From Craspedostauros australis (lineage: Eukaryota), in NCBI GenBank assembly GCA_030167865.1, contig JALAGF010006649.1, forward strand, positions 1 through 64,000: a stretch of 64,000 nt of DNA. Direction: 5' to 3'. Each line of letters opens with the position of its first letter. Position 1 is the stretch's first letter. The notes beneath the pieces are model-generated. The model ran no database searches and was not told where the DNA came from. It saw only the letters and a list, made by a program, of their open reading frames with translations. The position numbers were made by a program, and so were the translations under genes. Below are positions 24,501-39,200 of the stretch, piece after piece.

Positions 24501-27337
24501 CAGTGGTGTTGTTTTCCATGTTGTTTTCGTGTTGTGATTCATGTGCTTGCAGATTCACTGACACCAAAATACCAAGCTGAGAGGAGAGCAGATGAACAAC
24601 AGCCAGCAGCCAGAGATGGCTGTTGGCGACGACGAGCAGAGAGGAGGTCCAAAGGAACAAGCAGAGAATAGATCTGAAACGAGGACAAGGCCGCAATAAA
24701 GAGTAGGCATCTGGAGGGAAGGCAGTGTGTGCTGATTGGGACATGGACAAAGATCGACGTCCTGGGACATAAACGGCAGCAGAACCGAGAACAAGACAGT
24801 GTGAAAGTCAAGCTGGGGGTCAAGATCTGGATCACCCACTAACCCACAACTCTGAATTTTGACAACTGATCCATGGCCCAGATGAATCAGCATCCTTGGC
24901 ATGCCTACCGCTGCCACGCAATCCTCAACATTTCTTCGAAACCAACCGCCTCACCAACGCGAAATGTGATTGTGTCGATGATGGGCACGACTGGATAACA
25001 AAATCGAAGCACGACTGGAGTTTCCAAACCCAATTGCACGTCTACGTCCGCATGCCCAACGTGTTTAGAAATAGACTAATGCGAAAAATATAAACTTTTT
25101 AACTACAAGGATCAGGAGCTTGTTACTTCACGCATATACTCTCTACAACATTATAGGATGAACGAAGTCCTCAAACTAAAAATCGGCACGATAATACCTT
25201 TGTATCCTGAATGGGGTCTTAGTTGAACTTCAACTACTGCTTTGGCCTTGCGTCCTCAGTCATCGAAACGGATGGAATGACGAACGGCATTTTGACGCCT
25301 CCACACCCACAAATCAACCAAAACAAGAATCAAAGATCCTGACAACAAACGATCCAACAACAGCAAGACAAGACACGGGTGCACTTCGCGGCGGTGGGGC
25401 GGCCGGCGATGTGGAGGGGACTCTGACTCGCTGCCCACAGTGTTTGAGGCAACTGGAGCATGCCGCACATGACATGACAAAGATCAACCAACAGCGCTTG
25501 AACCACGTTTCGCCAAACCTTGAAGAAGATAACCTGCGAATGGTGGATGATGATGGGCGGTGCGTGACGTGCCGTTAGGTGATGGTGCAACTGCGCGGGA
25601 CAGTCATTGGGGTACGAGTACGGTGCGGCTCCCGTTGTTTCAGCTGACGTTGCCGATGACGCGGGACGTACGGCATGCCCATGCAGCCATCGATTTGTGC
25701 ATTTCACCGTGCCGTGGCACAATGCGGTGGTTGCTCCAACTCTCGGGACAGTGTACAAGTACTCTGCTCTCGAGCAGTACGATTGCTGGAGAGTACTTCG
25801 GTCTGCGGCGTCAGGTATGTGTAGAACGAGCAAGCAGCCAATGCATGTGGAAATTGAGCCATGGGCGACACAAGGACCCAAACAGCAGCCGAGCAGCAGC
25901 AAAGAATCCGAGCATGAACGGGAGATGAAGACAACTTCTGAAATTCAATAGCATAGTTCATCCTAAGTTCGAAGTCACCCTTCGCTTGAGGATGTCCAGA
26001 TCATCAGCACAAAGAACGATCCCTTGAAAACATGCGACTGCTGCGATGTTGAGGCAAGTGCACTATTCCACCTTCTTCCACGCAGGAGCAGAAGACAGTT
26101 TCTCACGCACAGCATATTGATCCGCTCTCATTGCACGCTATTCCACCCAACGAGTACACCCTGCCAATACTCGTGCTTACATGCCCCATCTGCTCTCATT
26201 CTCGTTCCATAGTATTCGCTGCATTCAGAATGGAAGGCAGAAAGCAAGGAAGAATGAAATGACGGAAGGTGGGTGACAACAACTCTCCATTCGGGAATTT
26301 TTTTCGCTCTTGGCTTCTTTACTGGCCGCAAACAAATCCACAGGCAGATCCATGTAGTACTAGTGATGGAGAGACGCGCACGCACATTCATCGGATGGTG
26401 AAGAAAAGAGCAGCAACGCATGGGAGAGAAACGATCATGGACGAAGCAACCGGTGGCCTTCTAACCGCATCGCCCTCATGGAGGGCTACTCCAATACCAT
26501 GTCTTGCTGAGCGATGGCACTCTTTGGTATGATATGGTACGCTATTCCATTCGGTTCTTGGTCTCCCAGTCTTTGCGCAGATGACCACAGCCGGCATCTC
26601 TCCCACGCTACGAGCCACGCAGCAGATCGAGGCAGTGTTCGTTGGTAGAACAAATCACAGTGGCAGACACCACACACCGCAGGGCTGACCGTCCTGTAGA
26701 ACTCGTTCAGCCACTTCACCGCGAAAAACGGACAAGAGCAGAGTAAAGTCGAATCGGGAAGAGTCGAGACCTCCACACCTTCGTTGCAGCGAATGGGACA
26801 TAGCCAGTGTGGCTGCATGGGTCTGAATGCTCCTCCTTGTATAATCCATATTCTATGATACATAGCTCATGTAATACACAGATCGTGCTTCATGCATTGT
26901 CGCAGGTTGCGGTAGTGTGGTCTTCGCCGGATGGGGTCGAATGGTGCGTGCACATCCGGGTCTCGCAGGTCCTTGTTGTGTCATGCAGAAAGGACACTCT
27001 CATGACTCAGATGTTCTTCTCAGCGTCAGGATTGGTCGAAAACGAGCTCAATGGAGTGAAGGGAGAATGCGAATGACACCTGTGGTTGTGACATCAACAT
27101 CACCCAAGCAGGATGCGGAGACGAGAATCCTTGGCTGTGGCGTGGCAACAGTCATCTCCGCCACCTGCAACATCCACATCGACATCGACACCAACAGCGT
27201 CGACACCTGCATCAAGAGACGCCAAAAGATCGCATTATCCAACACGAGCCATTGTGCGAGCCACTGCACGCAAGAAAGGAGTCAGCAACCACAACAAGGA
27301 CTTGGAATACAACAGGCAAAGACATATTATATTATAA

Positions 27338-29414
<2,077 letters not shown>

Positions 29415-30691
29415 AGAGCAGGGCGTTGTTGAGTATAATAGATTCAATGACGGCAGAATCCTCTTGACGAAATGAACGGACTTACGTTGCTTGCTCCAAA
29501 GATCGCGCTTCGCTCCAGATAAGACATTCAATTAAGAACAATCTATGCGTAGCCAAGTTAGTTGTAAGCAAGAAGAGTGCTCTGAATGGGCAACCGAGCA
29601 ACCAAACGTTGATATGTGAAAGCAAGAGACGTGTTCAACCAAGTGAAACGGATGGAAGCAACAAGTTCACGACCTCAGAGCTTCTGTGCCTAGTTCTCAA
29701 CTGTTCGTTGAAACGGTGTGCCGCTCAAGTGGAGGAGCAGGAGTAGCCCTATGAGTATGATCCAACTACTCTGCATCAATCTTGTGATACAGAGTATCTC
29801 AGCACCACATGCCTACCTTGTTTAGTCTATCAGCTAGATCCAGTTGCGCAAAGACGAGTCGTGGGAGGTACGTGGAAACAATATATAACTGTACATATGT
29901 ATGGCGACCACACCAACTGACACGTGGACGGACGTTAATTTTGACAATCAAACAAGGGTGTCTGTCTGTTTATTTCTGAAAACAAATGTCTGTTTGTTGA
30001 ACATCGACTTGTCAGTTGAAGGCTCCACTTCATATGATTCAATAGGACTGACACTTCCCCGAGTCAACTACGAATCGTGGTTGATCCGGTCGAATCGAAT
30101 CATACATTCTAGCCTTCACATCGTGGACTTCCACGAGCAAGTTGCATCTACTCCAATCTAATCTATTGCAAGTATACGAGACATGCTTCGAGATCCCATG
30201 GTGAATAGACACAGTCATCGGTGGATTCTTTGTTTTGATTATGAAGTCCTCGTCCTCGCCCTCGCAGGAGTTGCGTCTGTTATCGGGCATGAAGGAAGCA
30301 TCGCGAATACCATGGTGGCAAATGGCTGGACTCGACCATCCCAGCACTCGTGTGCCCTGCTCCACTCGATGACCTATTCGTGCAGGATGCTCCATACTGG
30401 GGGAGGAGGGGGCAATGAGTCCGTCAATATGTAAGGTATCATAGGTGCTCGACGCAATTGTTCGACGTTTCGATCGACCAGTGACGGTATCAGCGACGGA
30501 CGAGCTGAAGGCGAGAGGGCTCCAAGTTCTCTCGACGAGCTGCTTCCACCTTTCTGTGCATACATACTCGTACGAGTACACCATGGAATCGAGAACACAA
30601 GTGCAATCCCGCATTGCATCATACTGCTTTAGTGTGTATACCAGGCCTTACTCTTATCCGTTTGATTGTTCTCGCCCTCAAAGCGATGGCT

Positions 30692-32249
30692 TTACACGGG
30701 TGGTGGTAAAGACAGCATGTGTCCCTTGAAATGGAAGAAAGCGGCAGCCCCGAAGAAGATGATGTAATTTCTCGTGAAAATGAGAATGCCAACGGACTTC
30801 ATGAACAGCGATTGCGGCCCGAAGAACCGATCCTGCATCGTGTGCAGCGGCGACTTCTTTTCCTTCGCTGCGGCGCCCTTGGCCCCTCGTGACAGGAAGC
30901 CAGGTTTGACAGCAGGCTTCGCCGAAGACTGAGAGCCGGCCTGCGATCCTGATCCTCCTTTTCGCACAAGAGCGGTGGAGACCTTCCTCAACGTCTCGAG
31001 GGCCTTGGCTTTTGCGACGCTCAGCTCATTGAGGAGCTCATGCAGCTTCTCCTTGCGTTCCGTCTGCGATGGCTTGAAAGTGACACGCAAAGTCGCTGTG
31101 CAGATCGGGCTGACGACGGCTGATGTCGAGGCTGATTCCGATTTGTCCGCCTTAGCTCCAGCGCCATCCTTTGCTGTGCCCGAGTCTGCCTTCGAGTCCT
31201 CGTTGGATTCTTTCGCTTCCTTCGCAGCAGAAGTATCCGCGACGGCATCAGTTGTGGCACCATCCTTCTGCGCCTCCTCCTGCTTTCCGGTCGCATCATC
31301 ATCAGGTGATTTGTTTGTCTCCACCGGCATCTTCTCCTCCTTCTCATCATCCTTCTCTGCCGCCTTCGTTTCCGTTTCGCCTTCCTGGTCTGCTGCTGCC
31401 AAGGTCTTCAACGAAGCGTCATCCAAAATAGCAACGGGGAAGTCCGCCGTATATTTCTCGAGGACATCGGCCACCTTCTTGGCTGCACCACTGTTCCCGC
31501 AAAGCTCGGCGATGTCGTACGCGATGGAAGCCCCCAAGGTTTTGTCACCATCCAACGCTGTCACCGTCAAGGTCGCGACGGAGGTGTCCACGCCCTGGAA
31601 CTTCGCCAGAGACTGCTCCTCTTTCGCCGCGTCCTCAGCCACATCTGTCTTCAACGGATCGAACAGCTTGCTGAGCGTCGCCTCCTCGATCGGCGAGGAA
31701 AGCTGGAGTGTGAACTTGGGCTTTGCTTCTGCTGGCAACCCATCGACCTGGTGGGAAGAGTGTTTGCGAAGTGTTGGTCGCAACAGCGCAAATTCGTCAG
31801 CGATGGAGGCGTACGAGTATGCATCACAAGTGTACGGAGTTTACAGTGTCCAATATGTCAGTGTCCAACATGTCGGTGTCCAGCATGTCAGTGTGCAATA
31901 TCCAGTGAGTTAGAATCAACATGCGGAGGATAGATGCCTGGAATGAAATGGGATGGTGGGCACCTCGTAGCATGAGCGAGAGTCGAACCCAGCCAGTCAG
32001 TCAGCGATGCAGTGGTGATGCCGCCTTGCGAAAATGGGCATGCAACGAACTCACCTTGAGCAGGACGATCTCTAGCGTGTTGCCGCTCTCTGCGCCTTCA
32101 GCTGCGGAGGCCGGTCCCGCAGCCATTCTCCGCAGAGCCGTCTTGATTGCTTGGATTTCCTGCTCGGATTCAATCATCTTCTTGCGCGCGATCGTGTGCT
32201 CCTTCTTGAGCTCGGCGACGCCATCGTCGATGCTCTTTGTTTCCGTCAT
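30692..32249 (-). CDS. Hypothetical protein: coiled coil + C2-like beta domain + C-terminal transmembrane segment; exons 32249-32055 and 31747-30692; ~416 aa
   Basis: Intron GTGAGT...CAG (32054-31748) joins LEIVLLK|VDGLP in frame. Hydrophobic tail NYIIFFGAAAFFHF. The C2 call is from strand pattern only. Confidence 0.8.
31845..31893. repeat. Imperfect 15-bp tandem repeat (AGTGTCCAACATGTC) inside the intron
   Basis: Read directly, ~3.5 copies. Confidence 0.8.
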
Positions 32250-34270
32250 GATTATCTTTGCGCGTTCTCCTTCTGCCTTTGGCCTACGTGCTGTCTGATT
32301 CAATGATGGGTCGTATTGAAGAATAGACTGCGTTGGTGAGGTGTGGAGGATGGAATGGAATGGAATGGAATAGAGTTGAGTTGAGCAGACTGTTTGGATG
32401 ATGTGTCTCCAGTATCGCCTTGCTTCGTTTTTGTCTCATCACGACTCAGCACAACGCAGCACAACGACAGTTTGTTGGTGTTGTTGGTGGTGGTGAGGGT
32501 TTCGGATACGAAGGAGGAGATCTTGGGGCTGGGATTGTTGCCGTGGTTTTTGTTCTTGTTGTGTGTTGGTTGGTGCTGGTGGCAGACAGACTAACAAGGT
32601 GAAAACAAGTGGACTTTGAAAGTCCTTTTGGCGCTGCCAACCCAGAAACGTGCAAAGTAGGGAAATCGAAACTAGAAAGATTGCTTCGCCAACGAACAGT
32701 AACAACGAACAATAATAACGAACAACAAGGTGCGGCAACAAACTCGTCCAGAACAGCAACCAACGTTGATTTTATGTGCGAGTAGCTGCGAAGTGGTTGT
32801 GGACTCGCCAGTTCCGGTCGACCTCCGGGGAATCCACATGGATATTCTGTGGATGTCCACACTCGCACATTCACGGAGCGGAGAGCAGAACATTCCTCAT
32901 GGTCGCCACCACCCAACAATTCATGGGGAGAAGGGCCAGGGAAGCTTGTGCTCCGCTGCACGTAACTGGTGCTCTGCATTCTCTTCTTCTTCGCTCTTGT
33001 CTCGCGGATGTTTGTGTCTTCGTCTTTCTCGACAGGACATTTGCAGTTCAACAGAAACTGTGAGTTTTGATGCACGGCGTCTTCCCAGCAAGACCCAGAT
33101 GTTTTCATGAGATCTCTCCGCTGCCAGGATCTCAACAAACAGAAGTAGTTTCTGACAGAAGGATGTCATGGCAGTCGTCGCCTGGAGAGGGTTCGCGACG
33201 TGTCACAGACGCTGTTCTGCTACTCGTTGTGGCGTGCAGATCAGTACCACAGTCCAACACCACGCCGGCAGAAGGAAGACAGTGCAACATCGTGGCGGCA
33301 ATCGAGGATTTTCGCTTTTCGTGACCTACGAGAATGACTTCGTTGGCACGCGTACTCTAGACGTTTCGAGTCGAATAGCCATGGAAGCAACGAAAGAGGA
33401 ATGATGCACGAGACCAATCTCTTGTGTCAGAGCGCTTCTACTCTTCTCCCAATCCGGGCGCCCGCACGTCTGCGAGGCAGGAGGGTGCGGTACACAATGC
33501 GAGTATGCGCATTGACCTACTCAAATCAAACCCGATTTCCAGGTGTGTTCCACTCTTGGATGATTGTACTTTTTTCGCCTCCGATAGTGGTGAGGCTGCT
33601 GCTGTTCCTGTAGCCATAACCCAAGTTACAGCGTGCCTCATTTTGGAGGTGTCGATGACCCAATGTAAGAGCACCATAGTACGGCTACTCTACGTCGGCG
33701 TGCACCAGTACTCATGTCGTGACCCCGATCGTAGATTGAATGCAGATGGCCTGTGATGCATACATGCTCGTCTGACTCTCTCTCTCTCTAGTAAGGAGCG
33801 GGGTGCCAAATCTATAGTAGTTGACGTTTGTATGAAAATGCATGTTTGAGTACTCTATCCAAATCTCGAAGATGTTGACCATCCGATAACCAGATCAAGA
33901 TACTCCACAATTGTTCTATTACACGCGCACGATGATCCTACTATGAGGCGTCGGTGCCATGGGCAAGACGGCGCTGCATGCGACATGAAAAGTGCCGAAG
34001 CTGTTGCTTGGATGCTGCTTCGATCAGGTGAATGCAATGAGCGCGAATCGAGTGAATAGTGGTAGAGCGATAGACTTGCAGATGACTACTCTTCTGGCCG
34101 TTTCTGTGCAATGCTTGGTACGGAGACACATGCGCTTGTGCATGTTTGAGACAGAATGCTCGCATTTATGTCGATGCCTTGCGTCTCAATCATCTGTAGC
34201 CATTGACCATTGTACAGAGACAGTGCGTGGCGATGCTCGCGAGAATGGCTACCGATCTTCAACATTCTTG

Positions 34271-36244
34271 TCAAAGCCCTCGGCGCATCATGCCATTACT
34301 ATCCTGCAGCCCACCAGATCCGTCGTCGGTGTTCTTCCTGGATGCCATGAGATCGGCCAATGTTTGAAGTTGATTGATTGACAGCTGGTGGTACGCAGAG
34401 CGAAGGGATTGTATCGACTCCAAGGTGCCAGTCCTGGGGGGTTCTACTCTGCCTCCCATTGCATCAAACACGTCAGATGATGTGCTGCTGTCTAGCGCAT
34501 TGCTGTTCCCGTTGTTTGTGCTGCTGATGCTGTTGTTGGATAATGTACCGATGTTTAGAGGTTGGGTATCCTGCGATGGCAACTGATCTCGCAACCGAAA
34601 AAGCTGCTGTCCGTGCAGAGATGTGCCGGGATGATACTGGGAATCCAAGAGCGCGGGAGAAGGCTGGCGATTGGAGTCCATAGAAAGGGACGTGAAGTTT
34701 GTCGATACTGACGAAAGTGCTGATCCTGCTGTTGGTGCTGTTGCGAATAATGGATTTTGCGGCTGTACAGACGAAGTCGTGAAGGGGAGCATATCTGCCG
34801 GTTTTTCAGTGCATGTTGGAATCGGCAAGATCATCGGAGTTGGCGCTCCTAATGCCGACCCTGTCGACCCTGTCGACCCTGTCGACCCTGCTGACCCTGC
34901 TGACCCTACTGCTGCCGTTGCTGAAGATGGCGATGCTGCTGATGATGACGATGATAGCGTTGCTGTTGCTAGCGACGTTTGCGCAGCTTGACTTGACGCT
35001 ATGTTTTCTTGTGCAGACAGTCCCGAGAGCGGATGGGTCACGGTGTCAGTAGTTCGCCCACCTTGCCCGAACATCATCGTTGGAGCGTTTGAAGTCGTCG
35101 AAAGCAATTGCGAGTTGCTGAACGGGAAATCATGTTGAGTGGCAAGAAACGATAGCCTGGCATCGTTGGCATCAAGCAAAGAGTCGGGCCGATGCTTCTG
35201 ATCTGCCTGCAGTTGGCCTGGTGGGGGTGGCATCGCGAATGGTTGGTCTCGCGTTTGCCTCGCATTCTCTGCTTGCCGATTCCAAGAAAAGCTGGGGAAG
35301 GAGACATCGTGGTTGATACTGTCGCGCATGCTGGGAGGCGTGCGGTTGAATATAGCAGGAACCGACCCAAGAAGGTTCTTGAGGTGGTCGTTGCCTGGCT
35401 TCTGTTCAGGAAGAGGAACGTTGTGCGACGTGGCTTGGCCTTGATCTTGATCTTGATGGGGTTGGCCGTGACGGAGCAGGACGAGAGCTTTGGGATGCAT
35501 ATCAGATGCTGGCTCCGATGAAGCTTCCACGAGTGGCGTCTCGGCCGATCGTGCCGACGAGGCTGATTTGGACGAGGGAGACAGTGCGTCGAGCGCCCCT
35601 GACGTGTTAACGTCGACGGGCTGGCGACCGTCCCATCCCCCTGCACCTTTTCGTGTGCTGCCATCGGCGTCACTTCCTAATTTGACCCTGCTTGGTGTGC
35701 CAGGCGAATCCCCTTGTGCCATGTTCGATCGGATCATGTAGCGGAAGGACTGCTTCATCTTTTGCACCAGAACTCTGTCATCGTTGACCTCAAGGAATAC
35801 ATCGCGTCCCTGGTGATGCTGAAAGACACCAGATGGGATCTCGTTTCGCTCCAAGCGCCGGAGGAACCTTCCATTCCTCGACTTGATAATATCGATGAGC
35901 TGACGGCACAGGCGCTTCTTGTTGCCCCTGACGGTCGATTCGTCGTAGGTTTTGAAGTTGCTACGGATCATGTTCCTCAGGTTGACGTTGCCATGGTGGT
36001 CCATGATGACAGTGCCACGGCCAAAGAGCACATCCTGAGGTCCCACATCGACAATGTATCCGGAATGGGGAAAGCTCGTCGTGGTATCGACGATGGCATC
36101 GCTTCGATCCGCTGCGCCAAGAGCGTCGATGACACTGTTCGTTCCATCAGCAACGACTCCCAAGTGAGCGGCGGAAGACATTGCTTTCCCCTGCGCTCGT
36201 CCTGTCGACTTCGACATCTTGCGGCGGCCGCCACCACCTTGCAT
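34271..36244 (-). CDS. DUF6824-domain protein (paralog C), 657 aa, S/T/P/Q-rich tail
   Basis: QDVLFGRG...DHHGNVNLRNMI...NGRFLRR...DDRVLVQKMKQSFRY. A 9-bp coding repeat at ~34855-34907 encodes (GSA/GST)n. Confidence 0.87.
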   Translation of the reverse strand: MQGGGGRRKMSKSTGRAQGKAMSSAAHLGVVADGTNSVIDALGAADRSDAIVDTTTSFPHSGYIVDVGPQDVLFGRGTVIMDHHGNVNLRNMIRSNFKTYDESTVRGNKKRLCRQLIDIIKSRNGRFLRRLERNEIPSGVFQHHQGRDVFLEVNDDRVLVQKMKQSFRYMIRSNMAQGDSPGTPSRVKLGSDADGSTRKGAGGWDGRQPVDVNTSGALDALSPSSKSASSARSAETPLVEASSEPASDMHPKALVLLRHGQPHQDQDQGQATSHNVPLPEQKPGNDHLKNLLGSVPAIFNRTPPSMRDSINHDVSFPSFSWNRQAENARQTRDQPFAMPPPPGQLQADQKHRPDSLLDANDARLSFLATQHDFPFSNSQLLSTTSNAPTMMFGQGGRTTDTVTHPLSGLSAQENIASSQAAQTSLATATLSSSSSAASPSSATAAVGSAGSAGSTGSTGSTGSALGAPTPMILPIPTCTEKPADMLPFTTSSVQPQNPLFATAPTAGSALSSVSTNFTSLSMDSNRQPSPALLDSQYHPGTSLHGQQLFRLRDQLPSQDTQPLNIGTLSNNSISSTNNGNSNALDSSTSSDVFDAMGGRVEPPRTGTLESIQSLRSAYHQLSINQLQTLADLMASRKNTDDGSGGLQDSNGMMRRGL

Positions 36245-39200
36245 TTTGTCAGCTGTTGCTACTTACGGTCCCTGGCGTTGGTGTCGACGCTTTCGTTTTC
36301 GTTGGCCTAGGTCCTGGTCTCCTCTACGCCTGCTGGCTATGTCGCTGGTGCTCACGATTGGAGTGATGATCGCCTCAACCACAGTTCTGCCGTCGCTCAG
36401 GTGGGTGGCGCCGTGCTCTCCTGCGATCCGCCTCTCCTCGCTTCGTCTTGATCTCGCCTCTCTCACGTGCTGAAGATGAGCCAGCTGCAACATTCAATCC
36501 TTCGCTTGCAATGGCCACTCAACCCTGACAACTCTGCGGGTTGGACGATGAACAAGAGAGCGTGTTAGTGTTCGTGTGTTTGCGTGTGTGTGATCTCCGG
36601 CCAAAGATGTGACGCAGAACCGCTTGGAGTGGCGACAACGGACAACAGGCGCTGCGAAAAAGAGATCGCTTTATCTTTGCGTTTGTAATTTATGATGCGA
36701 TGGTTGTGTGTTTGCTTGGTTGCTGGCTTGCTTGTTTGTTTGTCTTCTCGCTTTGTTTGTTGGTCCTTTTGCTGTGTATTGTCCATCGCAAATGTCGGCA
36801 ATGCGGTGCCATCTGTTTGGCGCTCGTAGTCCAAACTGTTGAGTATCCGCGTGCCTGCATCGATTGCGCAATCCCCTTGTGTTGGTACGGATGCAAGAAC
36901 CGTGGAGTCAGCATCTCAACCAAGCAATGGTTACATGAAGATCCACGCACACACAGAGCATTTGGTATGTATGGTATGTACCGGACACACACCAGCCACG
37001 AGCCACGAGACACTGGTTTCTGCAGAGCAAGTACGAGCCAGGAACGACGACGCTGTCATGGGGACTCGACTGGTTAGGGCCCACCCACAAATCGAGATGT
37101 TTGGATTGACAGATTTTCGTCAGGGGCGCGTTTCGCTTGAGACTTTGCTCCCTGGGTTTGAACTTGTCCGATTCTTCCTGTTCTTCGCAGCACCGATCAA
37201 AGACACCTCACCATGATGGGACCACCACGTTTGCTCGGCGAAATTGTAATCTGTTCTCTTTCAATATGCCCGGTCTCTCTATTAAATGGAGAGCTCGTAA
37301 GCACTTCGTTTAGTGTCCGTGAGAACTTCTCCGCCACGACATTATTGTTCCAGGTACATACGGCGAACAGGTAAAGGTACAAACGTGCCTCCGTGATTTC
37401 TTGGTATCGTGTCGCTGTGATAGAGCACGAGCTGGAGGACATCAGCTCCGAGCAACAACAGTCCCACGACAGGCGCATCATCGAATCCTTGGGATGACGA
37501 TGTTGGGTGACAGGATCTCCAAACAGGACGTCCCCAATCTTCACCATTGGCTGGTATGTGCAAATTGTATCATGCCTTGCTGCGCCATGTCATGTCATGA
37601 CATCAAATACTGGTATGCATTGCACTTGGATGCGGTGTTGCCGTGGTGCCGTGGTGCCGCGGAGCGGTGGAACCACGGGGAACGTGCCGTGTGAGGCAAT
37701 CGCGGGGCGCCTCGTGGGCTCGAGCCGCTCCGGGACACTCTCCTCTGGAGCATATCGATTCCAACTCCTCATCGTGATTGCGCACATACCACCGATGCTT
37801 GTATAATACGATTGCCCACACAAGGTGCACCTTACGTTTGTGCTCGCATCGATGCTCCAGGTCCCAAATGAAGCAGAGTCGAGTATTCCATTGCAAAATA
37901 GAGGACCTGCGTATTCGTGGTCAAGAAGCGACGCTCGACTCCGCATGGAAACGAGGGTACATGGTGGCAGCAATGTCGAGGCTGACGCAAACGGCGTTTG
38001 TCCATGTCGTGCTGAGTTCTTGGGTGATATGCAAATGAATCACGACAACAAAGGATGAGTTGCTGAAACGCTTCGGTTCTACCACTGCTGCGTATTCATC
38101 GCAATGGTCCATCCAAGTACCACACAACGCGACTCATTGTCTCCTCTGGCTCGACGCGTACATTCTCGCCGTGAGATAACACGACGGGAGCATCTTGTTT
38201 CGCTTAGTTGTTCCTCTGGTGGCTAAGAGAGCACCAGCGCTGGTATTAGTATCAACTATTCCGCCAGGTGTTCCCGGCTTTTTGCTCAATGTACCACATA
38301 ACAGAACGAAAGCGGTGCGAACGGTGTGGTCGGTACTATGCAGAGTACTCGATACTCGTAGTTGGTACACGGAGGAACAAGCGAAGATCCCCTTGACCAT
38401 CTTTGTGCGCAGAATACGTATTTCTGTCATGGGGTCTGCCTGTTCCTGTCTTGTCAGAAGTGTTCGTCGTTGCATGATTGGTGACGAACATCGCAACGCA
38501 CCACGATGGTCTTCTCCGAAACGTCGCCATGATCAGATCAGGCATTGGGTAGTGGAGCTTGCTGCAAAAAGGTGCCTGGTGGATCATTGGCCGAGAGGAG
38601 GCAACCAACAGACCCCTTGTTAGAGACTTCCTGAAACCATACTCGTACTTCTCGATTGACGACTGTGTTCGAGTACTGGCGTGGCGTACTTTGGGTGTGG
38701 AAGAATGACGAGGTGTTGTATCTGTCGCTGACATCCAATAGCATGTTACAGATCGTTCCGTGCCCTTTTGTATTATAGTACATCTTCGAGTACTTTGCAC
38801 GGAATCCACCACGACAGCGACGCGTCGATCTTGACGCCAATACCTCCCCGGCAGTTCTGCGTTGTGATGGGATCAGCGGAGCCCCTTTCGGCGTTGTGCA
38901 TGTGGATGGCTCCAGCGCAGCAATTCCGCGCAGAACATCCCCAAGTGCCGCGTGGGGACAAGGTTGTGGATGGGGAGTTCTCTGGGCCGTTCCACAAAGA
39001 GCGGCGACGGCCTCCCGGACGACAACGCACCAAACCAATCCACGTCGCTGATCCAGTGCCCAATGCCACCCTCGAGAGCACCAGTTGCGGTGCTGATACG
39101 AAGTCGCGTGCGACTCACAACGAACGAAATGATGCACCGCTTATGGCAGACACGAGCGCTCCGCATACGCGTACTCGAGCAAGAGAGATCACAGAACAGA

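Larger units (their letters stand above)
17449..25218. mobile_element. TIR-bounded element, ~7.8 kb, no recognisable transposase, carrying a nested retrotransposon
   Basis: 41-bp TIRs at 17449-17489 and 25178-25218 (GACCCCATTCAGGA...TGCCGATTTTT), 37/41 identical. TTAG directly repeated at 17445-17448 and 25219-25222. Three N gaps lie inside. Confidence 0.82.

Noticed and set aside
26486..26863. WLNEFYRTVSP resembling a methyltransferase motif
   Set aside because: Isolated similarity with no SAM-binding motif or gene structure.
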